Assembly (NCBI GenBank): GCA_963741955.1
Contig: CAVUKB010000004.1
Location: 448,001-512,000 of the forward strand
From: an uncultured Acidobacteriota bacterium
Lineage (GTDB): Bacteria > Acidobacteriota > Thermoanaerobaculia > Gp7-AA8
Length of the DNA: 64,000 nucleotides
Reading direction: 5' to 3'
Made by a program: the position numbers and the translations under genes. Numbering within the stretch: position 1 is the first letter of the stretch; the number at the start of each line of letters is the position of its first letter. The notes beneath the pieces are model-generated. The model saw only the letters and a list, made by a program, of their open reading frames with translations, had not been told where the DNA came from and ran no database searches. This document shows positions 10,040 through 19,579 of this stretch, piece by piece.

Positions 10040-13000
10040 ATGACTGAAGCGGTTCAGACTTCGATCCAGCTTCCTGCCGCGTATGAGCTGCGCGGTACGT
10101 TGAAGGAGAGCAACTCGACCTCGGTGTACCGGGTCCGCGACCTGGTCCACGACCGCGAGGCTGCGATCAAGATTCTACGCCACGAATTCGATGCTCCCGA
10201 AGGCCTGCTGCAGTTCAGAAGCGAGTTCGCCACCCTCGCCTCCCTCGACCATCCTGCGATCATCAAGGTCTACGACTTCGGTCTGATCGAGGAGCGATAC
10301 CCGTACTTCACGATGGAGTACTTCGAAGGGAAGAAGATCACCGATTTCTTCGACGGGCGGGACTGGAACGGCCTGTTCGACGTGATCGTGCAGATCGCGT
10401 CCGGACTCCATCACATTCACCAGCTCGGGATCATTCATCTCGACGTCAAGCCCTCGAACATCCTGGTGAACGCGCGTGGAAAAGTGAAGATCATGGACTT
10501 CGGAGTTTCCGCCGAAGCCCACACTCTGTTCGACCGGAGAATCCGCGGGACTCTGCACTACATGGCGCCCGAAGTCCTCCGGCAGGATCAGGTCGATCTT
10601 CGCGCCGATCTGTTCGCGCTCGGAATGACGCTCTACGAGACGGTGACCGGAGCGCTTCCGACATTCGGCCGTCCTTCGATCGAGATCATCCGCCACCGGC
10701 TCGACGAAGCGGTACGCAAACCGTCCGCAATCAATCCCCACGTTCCCGACCGTCTGGAGCAGATCATCCTGAAGCTCCTGGAGCCGGATCCCCGTCACCG
10801 CTACTCTTCCGCGGCGATGCTTCTGCACGACGTGGCCAGAGCGGCGGCGATCGAAGTCACGCCGGGAGAGCTTCTGCTCGGGAGCGGCGAGCTTCTCGCG
10901 GCTCCGCTGATCGGCCATCAGGAGGAGATCGACCGGCTCACCTCCGCGATTCAGGGGGCGAGGGAGGGGAAGGGCGGCGGAGTGATCGTCCTCGGACCGG
11001 AAGGGATGGGGAAGAGCCGGATCGTGCGGGAAGCGACGGTCCGGGCGCAACTCGACGGCGCACGCGTTTTCGTCGGCCGTTGTCCGGTGAACCGGAAGAG
11101 TATCTACGCCCCCTTCTTCGAGATCTTCCAGCAACTGGTCCGTGCGCTGAATCCCGTCGCCGATGCGACCTCGGAGATCCGGCGCATCCTCCGGACGGTG
11201 ATCTCTTCTCCGGAGGAAGGGAAGCTCCGGCGCGGCGAGAAGTTTCGCCTTTATAACCGGGTCGTGCAGTCCATCCAGGATTTCTACGGCTATCTGAAGG
11301 CGGTCGGCGACGCCGGCTCGTCACCTCTGATCCTGATCGTGGAAGATCTTCAGTGGGCCGACCCGTCCAGTGCCGAGCTTTTCACCTTCCTGGTCGGTGA
11401 AGCACGGCAGTCGAATTTCCTGGTGGTGGGGACCCTCACGACCGGGAAAGACGCCGAACCGATGGTCGACGATGGCGCATCGACGAGCGTGGGCCAGTGG
11501 GAGCAGAGGGCACGCGAGAGCGGCATGACGCTGATCGAAGTCGGTCCGCTCTCGGAGGATCTCGTACGAGAGTACGTCGAAAGTCTGCTCGGAGAGGAGA
11601 GTCTCCCCCACGATCTGATCCGGTGGATCATGTGGGAATCGGGCGGCTCTCCGATGCTGGTCCGGCGCGTAGTCGACTTTCTCGCCACCCACGGTTACCT
11701 GCGCCTCGGCGTCGACGGGTGGTCCGCGGATCTCGAACGCATCCAGAATCTCCGGATTCCGGGAGGATCCGCCGCGGTCTGGAGCGAGAAGCTCGAACAA
11801 CTCTCCGAGGAGCACCGCCGGCTGCTCGAGACTGCGTCAGTGATGGGGGATCACTTCGAGACCTCCGTCCTCACCCGAATCGCGGGGGCGGACGCCGAGC
11901 ACGTTTTTCATCTGGTCCGACAGCTCTCGGCGAAGAATCTTCTCGACACGTCCGCCGATGGACGGGTCCTCGCGTTCCCGCAGGGAAGTCTTCGCGAGGC
12001 CGTATACGCACAGATGCCGGGCGACCTGCGGATCGCCGTGCATCAGCGGGCGGCGCGGGTTCTGGAAACGCTCCTGCTGGAGGGGGCGGCGGAGCTGCTG
12101 GGTCAGGTGGCGTATCACTACGCGCGCGGCAACGATCACATGAAGGGAATCGAGTACTCCATCCGGGCGGGAGTCCAGGCAGCTTCCGCTCTCGCACACG
12201 AGCAGGCGGCGGAATTCTACCGCATCGCCCTCGAACTGATGGACCTCTCCGGCGATCATGCGAGGCGACTGGAGATCCGCGAACGTCTGGGTGACGCGTA
12301 CTACCGGAACAACAACTTCAGGGGAGCAATGCAGGTCTATCAGTTCCTTCTCAAGAGCATTCAGTCTCGTGAAGCGGATGAGGAGAGTCAACTCGCGGCG
12401 GCCGGGATCATGAGAAAGATCGGAAAGCTCCTGGCGCGACGGGGAGAGAGCGATGCGGCGCTGACGTACTTCCAGGACGCGATGCAGATTCACGAGCGAC
12501 TGGGCTCGGCAACCGATGTCGCCGAGCTCCTGAACCGGACCGCGTGGATTCATCGCGATCGCGGCGAGTTCGCCGAAGCGGAGAGAACCGCGCAGCAGGC
12601 GTCTCGCATGATCGGTGGAGATCCGCTCTCGCCGCTTCACGGCTACGTCGAGGACATGCTCGGCGAGATCGCGTATGGGCGCGGCGACTGGGAGACCGCA
12701 CGCGTGCACTTCGAAAAGGCGTTCGAGACCGCGGAACGACTCGACTGTGAACAGCTTCGCCGAGTCTCGTCCCGACACCTCGGAAACGTTCTGTGGAAGG
12801 TGGGGGAGTGGGATGCTGCGTTGCAGCATCATCGGCGCAATCTCGACAAGTCGGAGACGGATGGTGATCTGTGGGACCTGGTGACGGCCTACAACAACGT
12901 CGCGGTGATCGAGCTGAGTCGCGGAAACTTCCATGCCGCCGCGCAGCTTTTCCAGAAGAGCTACCACCTCGGTGAGAAGCTCGGATCGCCGGAAAGCGAA

Positions 13001-15325
13001 TCAGTCGCGCTCGAATATCTGGGGCAGTCGCTCGAGCGTCTCGGGCGGTGGAACGACGCGATGGCCCGCTACCAGCAGGCGGTGCGTCTCGAAGGTTTCG
13101 ACGAGAATCGCCCTTCCCGAGTCTCGGTGTACGTCCCTCTCGCCAGACTCACGGCCCGGCGAGGCGACATCGCCCGGGCGTTGCAGTACGCGCAGAGGGT
13201 GTACGACCTCGCCGAGCGCACCCGGGACGAGAATCTCCTGGCTGAGGCGTCGTATGTGCTCGGCGTGATCGAAAAGAGACGGGAGAACTACGAAGAAGCG
13301 GCAGAGCACATCGAATCGGCCATGGAGCTCTTCACCCGGAACGGAACCCGTCACGGGATCGCGAGGACTCATGCGCTGATGGCGGATGTCGCAGTCCTCC
13401 GGCAGCGCTTCGACGACGCCGTCCATCACGCACGGGAAGCGATCGCGATCGCCACCGGACTGGGTGATCGATTCACGGTAGCGACGAGCGACTGGATGCT
13501 GGGCCGCGCGCTCTCCTTCTCCGGTTCGCGCGAGGAAGGAGAGGAGCGTTTCGCCGCGGCGCAGCGAGCCTTCGAAGATCTCGATACGCCGTACGAGCTC
13601 GGACGTCTGCTGTTCGATCTCGGACTCCTGCGCGACGATCCGGAAGAGGCGACTCAGATCATCCGTCGAGCCGTGTCGATCTTCGAGCGGCTGCAGGCGA
13701 CGCCCGATCTCGAACGTGCCCGCGGTGCGCTCTTCCGCATCCGTCCTTCGGGACGTGCTGCGGAGAACAGCGTGGTCGGCCTTTACGAGATCGTCAAGAT
13801 CATCAACTCGACTCTGAGGGTCGAGGACGTCCTCAATCGGGTCCTGGAGATCGTTCTGAAACGGATTCGTGCGGAACGGGGAATGATCCTGGTGATCGAC
13901 CCGATCACCAGTGCGCTGCGGACCCGGGTGGTCAGGAACATCCGCGAGGAAGACGGTTCGAAGCGCTCACCGCAGGCCGTGGTGCGCGACGTGATCGAGA
14001 CGGGCCGCTCGGTCATTTCAGCCGACGCCCGCGCAGACGAGCGGTTCGTCGACTCGGAGACGGTGATCTCCGAGAACATCGTCTCCATTCTCTGCGTCCC
14101 TCTGGTGATCCGGGAGCGCATCGCCGGAGCGATCTACGTCGACCACCGTGAGGCGAGACACCTCTTTTCGCAACGCGACCTGAGCTTCCTCGAAGCGTTC
14201 GCCGATCAGGCTGCGATCGCGATCGAGAATGCGCGGCTCTACGAAGAGCTCGAGCAGGCACGGCTACGGCTCTCTCTGGAGAACGAATCGCTCCGAAAGG
14301 AGGTGCTGGTCGACAAACATCTCGACTCGGTGGTCGGCCAGTCCGAAGCGGTGGCCCGGATCCAGTTCACGGTGCGGAAAGCCGCGGCGTCCGCGTCGAC
14401 GGTACTGATCCGCGGTGAATCGGGGACCGGCAAGGGGCTCGTCGCGCGGATCATCCACAACATCGGTCCGCGCCGCAACGGGCCATTCATCAAGTTCAAC
14501 TGCGCGGCGCTCCCGGAGACCCTCGCCGAGTCCGAGCTGTTCGGCCATGAGAAGGGTGCGTTCACCGGAGCGGAGCGGAGGAAGCTCGGACGGTTCGAGC
14601 TCGCCAACGGCGGGACCATCTTCCTCGACGAGATCGGGAAAGTGAGTCTTGCCATGCAGGCGAAACTCCTCCGGATCGTGGAGGAGAAGGAGTTCGAGCG
14701 GGTTGGCGGCACACAGACCATCCAGTGTGACGCGAAGATCATCGCAGCGACGAACCTGGACCTCGAAAAGGCGATCGAAGAGGGCGTCTTTCGTGAGGAT
14801 CTCTTCTATCGGCTGAATATCATTCCCATCCTCCTTCCTCCGCTGCGTGACCGGAAGGAAGACATACCTCTGCTGGTCGAACACTTCATCCGGAAGATCT
14901 GCTACGACCTCGGCATCGAACCGAAACCGATCGAGCCGGGAGTGCTCGACCTGTTCAACGCGTGTGAGTGGCCGGGTAACGTCCGGGAGCTCGAAGCGAC
15001 CCTCCACCGGGCAATCGTCATGTCGAACGACGACATTCTCACCCGACGCGACTTCTACGGGCTGATCAGCGATCCGAACAAGTCGATCCCGGAGATTCCT
15101 CTGGAGTCGATCTCGAACGACCTTCTCCTCGGCATGATCCGGAAGATGGAGATCACGTCCGACGTCTATGACGATCTGATGCAGCGGGTCGAGAAACATC
15201 TGATCGAGCAGGCTCTGTTGTTGGCGAAGGGAAAGATCCGGGAGACCGCCAGGCGCCTCGGACTCGCGCGGAACACGCTCAAGTCCAAGATGCAGAAGTA
15301 CAACCTCGCTGGAAACGGCAGCTGA
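10040..15325 (+). CDS. Multidomain sigma54-dependent activator: kinase + AAA/STAND-type ATPase + TPR + GAF + sigma54 AAA+ + Fis HTH
   Basis: HLDVKPSN/DFG/YMAPE; GPEGMGKS and LIVEDLQWAD; TPR-like repeats; GAF (LCVPL...GAIYVD...AAIAIENARLY); GESGTGK, GAFTGA, FLDEIG, FREDLFYRL, WPGNVREL; ARRLGLARNTL. Confidence 0.92.
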   Translation: MTEAVQTSIQLPAAYELRGTLKESNSTSVYRVRDLVHDREAAIKILRHEFDAPEGLLQFRSEFATLASLDHPAIIKVYDFGLIEERYPYFTMEYFEGKKITDFFDGRDWNGLFDVIVQIASGLHHIHQLGIIHLDVKPSNILVNARGKVKIMDFGVSAEAHTLFDRRIRGTLHYMAPEVLRQDQVDLRADLFALGMTLYETVTGALPTFGRPSIEIIRHRLDEAVRKPSAINPHVPDRLEQIILKLLEPDPRHRYSSAAMLLHDVARAAAIEVTPGELLLGSGELLAAPLIGHQEEIDRLTSAIQGAREGKGGGVIVLGPEGMGKSRIVREATVRAQLDGARVFVGRCPVNRKSIYAPFFEIFQQLVRALNPVADATSEIRRILRTVISSPEEGKLRRGEKFRLYNRVVQSIQDFYGYLKAVGDAGSSPLILIVEDLQWADPSSAELFTFLVGEARQSNFLVVGTLTTGKDAEPMVDDGASTSVGQWEQRARESGMTLIEVGPLSEDLVREYVESLLGEESLPHDLIRWIMWESGGSPMLVRRVVDFLATHGYLRLGVDGWSADLERIQNLRIPGGSAAVWSEKLEQLSEEHRRLLETASVMGDHFETSVLTRIAGADAEHVFHLVRQLSAKNLLDTSADGRVLAFPQGSLREAVYAQMPGDLRIAVHQRAARVLETLLLEGAAELLGQVAYHYARGNDHMKGIEYSIRAGVQAASALAHEQAAEFYRIALELMDLSGDHARRLEIRERLGDAYYRNNNFRGAMQVYQFLLKSIQSREADEESQLAAAGIMRKIGKLLARRGESDAALTYFQDAMQIHERLGSATDVAELLNRTAWIHRDRGEFAEAERTAQQASRMIGGDPLSPLHGYVEDMLGEIAYGRGDWETARVHFEKAFETAERLDCEQLRRVSSRHLGNVLWKVGEWDAALQHHRRNLDKSETDGDLWDLVTAYNNVAVIELSRGNFHAAAQLFQKSYHLGEKLGSPESESVALEYLGQSLERLGRWNDAMARYQQAVRLEGFDENRPSRVSVYVPLARLTARRGDIARALQYAQRVYDLAERTRDENLLAEASYVLGVIEKRRENYEEAAEHIESAMELFTRNGTRHGIARTHALMADVAVLRQRFDDAVHHAREAIAIATGLGDRFTVATSDWMLGRALSFSGSREEGEERFAAAQRAFEDLDTPYELGRLLFDLGLLRDDPEEATQIIRRAVSIFERLQATPDLERARGALFRIRPSGRAAENSVVGLYEIVKIINSTLRVEDVLNRVLEIVLKRIRAERGMILVIDPITSALRTRVVRNIREEDGSKRSPQAVVRDVIETGRSVISADARADERFVDSETVISENIVSILCVPLVIRERIAGAIYVDHREARHLFSQRDLSFLEAFADQAAIAIENARLYEELEQARLRLSLENESLRKEVLVDKHLDSVVGQSEAVARIQFTVRKAAASASTVLIRGESGTGKGLVARIIHNIGPRRNGPFIKFNCAALPETLAESELFGHEKGAFTGAERRKLGRFELANGGTIFLDEIGKVSLAMQAKLLRIVEEKEFERVGGTQTIQCDAKIIAATNLDLEKAIEEGVFREDLFYRLNIIPILLPPLRDRKEDIPLLVEHFIRKICYDLGIEPKPIEPGVLDLFNACEWPGNVRELEATLHRAIVMSNDDILTRRDFYGLISDPNKSIPEIPLESISNDLLLGMIRKMEITSDVYDDLMQRVEKHLIEQALLLAKGKIRETARRLGLARNTLKSKMQKYNLAGNGS

Positions 15326-15635
15326 CCGCCCGCCCCGGATTTCGCACTACCGGATCGTCTCATTCCCACCGGCGATACCTACCGCGCCGACTTCGAGCCC
15401 GGGCGCGGCCGCGTAGCGTCAGCTGCTCGGGGCCGCCGCGCTTCTTCCGCCGCCGGCGGGACGGCAGAAGCGGCGGAGGGGGAATGTGCATGGTGGAGCG
15501 TCCTGGCTTTCCATGAGTGATTCGTTCTCGGGACGGAACGGAGCCGCGAGCGTGCGGTGTATGATGACGTCATCTCGAGGCTCCGTCCGGGATTCACGGG
15601 GTCAGGATTACAGTTGCAATGTCACGGAGGAACGC

Positions 15636-16064
15636 GTGAGTCACGAATTGTTCAGTGAACCATGGCTCGCGGACTGGGTCGATAAGATCCGCGCGAGTGA
15701 GAAATACAAGGTCGCGGCGAGAAACTGGCAATGGCCGATGATTCTGATCATGGAACGGGATCCGAGTCTCGGGTTCCCGCAGGACCGGGCTCTCTATCTC
15801 GATCTGTTCAAAGGCGATTGCCGTGAAGGAAAGCTCGCCGGTCAGACCGAGATGGAGTCGACTCCGTTCATCATCAGCGCGGACGCGTTCACATGGAAGC
15901 AGGTGCTGGAACGGAAGCTCGAGCCGATCTCCGGTCTGATCCGCGGGAAGCTCAAACTGAAGAAGGGGAATCTCGCCACGCTCATCCCGTACGTGCTCGC
16001 CGCGAAGGAGCTCGTGAACACGGCCACTGAGGTTCCGACGTCGTTTCCGGAGGCGATGGCGTGA
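15636..16064 (+). CDS. SCP2 sterol/lipid-binding domain protein
   Basis: SD GGAGG then GTG; LFSEPW...WKQVLERKLEPISGLIRGKLKLKKG; stop overlaps next GTG. Confidence 0.8.
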   Translation: MSHELFSEPWLADWVDKIRASEKYKVAARNWQWPMILIMERDPSLGFPQDRALYLDLFKGDCREGKLAGQTEMESTPFIISADAFTWKQVLERKLEPISGLIRGKLKLKKGNLATLIPYVLAAKELVNTATEVPTSFPEAMA

Positions 16065-17101
16065 AGGCCGTCACCTGGCAGGACGTGCGCGACGTGCGGC
16101 TCGACGACGTCCCCGAGCCGGAGCTCGAGTCGCCGGGCGACGTGATCATCCGCGTCACGTGCGCCGCGATCTGCGGCTCCGACCTCCACGTCTTTCACGG
16201 CGAAGTCCCGGGGATGCTTCCGGGGACGATCTGCGGACACGAGTTCACCGGCGTCATCGAATCAGCCGGCGATCAGGTGTACGGATTCTCGAAAGGGGAT
16301 CGAGTGGTCGGCCCCTTCACCATCTCGTGCGGTCTCTGTCCTCCCTGCCGGCGTGGCGAGTATCACCTCTGCCGGGAGAACATCGTTCTCGGATGGGGGA
16401 TGGTGTTCGGGGGAGTGGCGGGGACACAGGCGCAGTACGCGCGGATCCCGCACGCCGACATCAATCTTCGGCGAATCCCCGACGGGATGGATGACGAGAA
16501 GGCGATCTTCTGCGGCGACGTTCTGACCACTGCGTATGGCGCGGTGAGAAATGCGGATCTCCGTCCGGGTGACACCGTCGCGGTGGTCGGCTGCGGACCG
16601 GTCGGCATCATGGCCGTCCAGAGTGCTCTGGCGATGGGAGCCTCCCGCGTCTGGGCGATCGACCTGGTCGAGGAGCGTGCGGCTCTCGCCGCGAGCGCGG
16701 GCGCGGAGCCCATCGTCTCGAGCCGGACCAATCCCGTCAGCCGGATCAACGAAGCCACGGACGGCGAAGGTGTCGACGTGGTGATCGAGGCGGTCGGCGG
16801 AACGAAGACCCTCGAGCTGGCCTTCGATCTGGTCCGTCCCGGAGGACGCATCGCTGCGGTCGGCATCAGTGCCGCGGAGTCGTTTCAATATCCGCTGATG
16901 AGTGCTCTGGCGAAGGACGTGAGCTTCCGAATCGGAGTGGCGAACGTCCTGCGGGACATCGATGCGACATTGAAGCTCGTCGAGACGGGACGCATCGATC
17001 CACTCCTGGTGGTCAGCCATCGAATCCCGCTCACCGACGCGGTCGAGGGCTACCGCCTCTTCGACGAGAAGAAGGCGAACAAGATCCTGATACATCCGTG
17101 A
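16061..17101 (+). CDS. Zinc-dependent alcohol dehydrogenase (MDR family)
   Basis: ICGSDLH, GHEFTG, CGLCPPC...C, GCGPVG. Confidence 0.93.
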   Translation: MKAVTWQDVRDVRLDDVPEPELESPGDVIIRVTCAAICGSDLHVFHGEVPGMLPGTICGHEFTGVIESAGDQVYGFSKGDRVVGPFTISCGLCPPCRRGEYHLCRENIVLGWGMVFGGVAGTQAQYARIPHADINLRRIPDGMDDEKAIFCGDVLTTAYGAVRNADLRPGDTVAVVGCGPVGIMAVQSALAMGASRVWAIDLVEERAALAASAGAEPIVSSRTNPVSRINEATDGEGVDVVIEAVGGTKTLELAFDLVRPGGRIAAVGISAAESFQYPLMSALAKDVSFRIGVANVLRDIDATLKLVETGRIDPLLVVSHRIPLTDAVEGYRLFDEKKANKILIHP

Positions 17102-17111
17102 GGGCCACGCG

Positions 17112-18608
17112 ATGACCGTGACACTGGAATCACCTTTCGTTTTCGATTCGGTCCGGCAGTTTCTCGCCTCTCCCCGGCGCATCCTCATCGGCGGACGGTG
17201 GGTGGAAGCGCAGAGCGGGCGCACCTTCGACGACATCGATCCCGCGACGGGAGAAGTGCTGGCGACGGTATGGGAAGCGGGGAAGGCGGAGGTCGATCTC
17301 GCGGTGACCGCCGCGCGGAGAGCGCTGGAGGGGACCTGGGGTTCTCTTCCTCCGGCCGAGCGCGCGCGGGTTCTTCTGAAGCTCGCGGATCTGATGGAAC
17401 AGAACGCGGACGAGCTCTCCCAGCTCGAGAGCCTCGACACCGGCAAGCCGCTCACCGAGGCGATGCTGGCGGATGTCCCACTCGCCATCGAGCACTTCCG
17501 ATACTTCGCGGGGTGGGCCACGAAGCTCACCGGCGAAGTCCTCCCGGTCTCGGTACCGGGACACTTTCTCGCCTATACCCGGCGTGAGCCGGTGGGAGTC
17601 GTCGGCGCGATCACTCCGTGGAACTTCCCTCTGATGATCACGTCGTGGAAGCTCGCTCCCGCCCTCGCGACCGGGAACACCGTCGTGCTCAAACCGAGCG
17701 AGCTCACGCCGCTCACTGCGCTCCGGCTTGGGGAGCTGATCGCCGAAGCCGATTTCCCTCCCGGTGTGGTGAACATTCTTCCGGGATTCGGGCCTCAGGC
17801 CGGGTCGGCGCTGGTGCAGCATCCGGACGTGAACAAGATCTCGTTCACCGGCTCTCCGCGGGTGGGTCGCGAGATCCTCCGCCATTCCGCGACCGATCTG
17901 AAGCGGGTGACACTGGAGCTCGGAGGAAAATCGCCCAACATCATCCTTCCCGACGCCGATCTGGACGAAGCGGTGGGCGGGGTGATGATGGGTATCTTCT
18001 TCAACCAGGGAGAGGTCTGCTGTGCGGGATCCCGCCTTTTCGTGCCGCGCCGGAGCTTCGATCAGACCCTCTCCGCCGTGGTCGAGAGGGCGCGCTCGAT
18101 CCAGCAGGGCCCGGGCGTCGACCCGGCCACCCAGATGGGAGCACTGATCAGCCGTGCGCACATGGAGCGCGTTCTGTCGTACGTCGATGCGGGGATCGCG
18201 GAAGGCGCCGAGCTCCTCACCGGAGGGAAGCGCAACGAGGCGGCGGGATCGGGATGGTTCGTGGAACCGACGGTTCTCCGCGCCCGCGACGAGATGACGA
18301 TCGCGCGAGAGGAAGTCTTCGGACCGGTGCTCTCCGCGCTCTCGTTCGATGATCTCGACGAAGTCGCGGAGCGTGCGAACGCGTCGACGTACGGACTGGC
18401 GGCCGGGATCTGGACCCGCGATCTCAAGCAGGGGATCCGTCTCGCGGAGAAGCTGAAGGCAGGAACGATCTGGATCAATGGATACAACCTCCTCGATGCG
18501 ACCAGCCCGTGGGGTGGATTCAAGCAGAGCGGCATCGGACGCGAGATGGGGCGCCACGCGCTCGATGCCTACACCGAAGTCAAGAGCATCTGGGTCAATC
18601 TGACCTGA
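17112..18608 (+). CDS. Aldehyde dehydrogenase
   Basis: PWNFP, FTGS, LELGGKSP, QGEVCCAG, EEVFGPV, GGFKQSG. Confidence 0.95.
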   Translation: MTVTLESPFVFDSVRQFLASPRRILIGGRWVEAQSGRTFDDIDPATGEVLATVWEAGKAEVDLAVTAARRALEGTWGSLPPAERARVLLKLADLMEQNADELSQLESLDTGKPLTEAMLADVPLAIEHFRYFAGWATKLTGEVLPVSVPGHFLAYTRREPVGVVGAITPWNFPLMITSWKLAPALATGNTVVLKPSELTPLTALRLGELIAEADFPPGVVNILPGFGPQAGSALVQHPDVNKISFTGSPRVGREILRHSATDLKRVTLELGGKSPNIILPDADLDEAVGGVMMGIFFNQGEVCCAGSRLFVPRRSFDQTLSAVVERARSIQQGPGVDPATQMGALISRAHMERVLSYVDAGIAEGAELLTGGKRNEAAGSGWFVEPTVLRARDEMTIAREEVFGPVLSALSFDDLDEVAERANASTYGLAAGIWTRDLKQGIRLAEKLKAGTIWINGYNLLDATSPWGGFKQSGIGREMGRHALDAYTEVKSIWVNLT

Positions 18609-18704
18609 GAGACGGGGTCATGTCTACAGTCTGTCCTTCGTGGAGAGCCGTGACTGCACGAGCGGTCGCCGCGGGGCGCCGACCCTTCATGGAGCTTTGG
18701 ACTG

Positions 18705-18885
18705 GCCCACATTTCTCACACCATCTCTGCTGCGGAGCCGGATAGCGGCCTGTCTGCTGCGTTGAGCCCCGCTTCGGCTCCTCAACACATAGTCACCACT
18801 ATGCCTTCGTCGCCGAAGCGGGGCGCGCCTTGCATCCAGGCCACTCTCCGCCTCCTCGCGACGGGATGGTGTGAGAAATGAGGGC
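18705..18885. mobile_element. MITE-like palindromic element, family C, complete copy
   Basis: ~23-bp TIRs GCCCACATTTCTCACACCATCTC / GGGATGGTGTGAGAAATGAGGGC, nested internal IRs, flanked by TG on both sides; followed by 12-bp family-B end GGAGTCTGCGCG at 18888. Confidence 0.8.
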
Positions 18886-18959
18886 TGGGAGTCTGCGCGT
18901 TCCGGGCCGGTCGGGAAGAGGAAGCGCTGTGAGAGGGTTGGCTACCCCGTACCTGAGGG

Positions 18960-19511
18960 GTGAGGTGCCGGACGAGCGAGACAGTCCCGAAGTACGTCAC
19001 CCGGGAGGATTTCTTGGAAGATCAGGCGTTCACACTGGTGGAGGATCACATCCCTCTCGCTGGCCTCGAGGAGACCGCGCGCGAGCTGGTGGGAATCTTC
19101 GGTGGAACGATGAAGTCCGTCGGCGACGACGAGATGCGATTCATCCTTCCCGAACGACGAGGCGTCGCGGCCAGCGGCGGAGTCGAATTCCATCTGAGAT
19201 GGGAAGAAGGGGGAAGCGAAGGGGGAACCGTCACCCTCACCGGTGAGCGCGAGGTCGCTGCGCCGAAGCTGCAGAGCATCGCGGTGCTGCTGGTGGGAGT
19301 GGTCGGCGCGCTCTTCTTCCTCGTCTGGCCGTTCTTCCCGAACCTCGGCGCGGTATCGTGGGTCGGCGGCATCCTCGCGCTCGGCGCGTACTTCATCACC
19401 CTGCGGCACAGCAAAGCGGGTGTGGCCGCGGATCTCCTCTCCCGGCTGGCGGATACGCAGCGCGTCGGGAGGAATGAAGAGGAGACGCCGGAGAGCGAGC
19501 CGCCGGCATAG
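18960..19511 (+). CDS. Hypothetical membrane protein (2 C-terminal TM helices)
   Basis: Protein-like composition; IAVLLVGVVGALFFLVWPFF and WVGGILALGAYFI; start uncertain. Confidence 0.75.
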   Translation: MRCRTSETVPKYVTREDFLEDQAFTLVEDHIPLAGLEETARELVGIFGGTMKSVGDDEMRFILPERRGVAASGGVEFHLRWEEGGSEGGTVTLTGEREVAAPKLQSIAVLLVGVVGALFFLVWPFFPNLGAVSWVGGILALGAYFITLRHSKAGVAADLLSRLADTQRVGRNEEETPESEPPA

Positions 19512-19579
19512 CGCGCAGACCCCGGGGTGCGGACCCCGCCCGGCGGGATCCGCTTCGAGATCGTGTTCTGTGCGACGGA

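Noticed and set aside
15603-15618. sigma54 promoter for the SCP2 operon (CAGGATTACAGTTGCA)
   Set aside because: GG to GC spacing is 9, not the required 10
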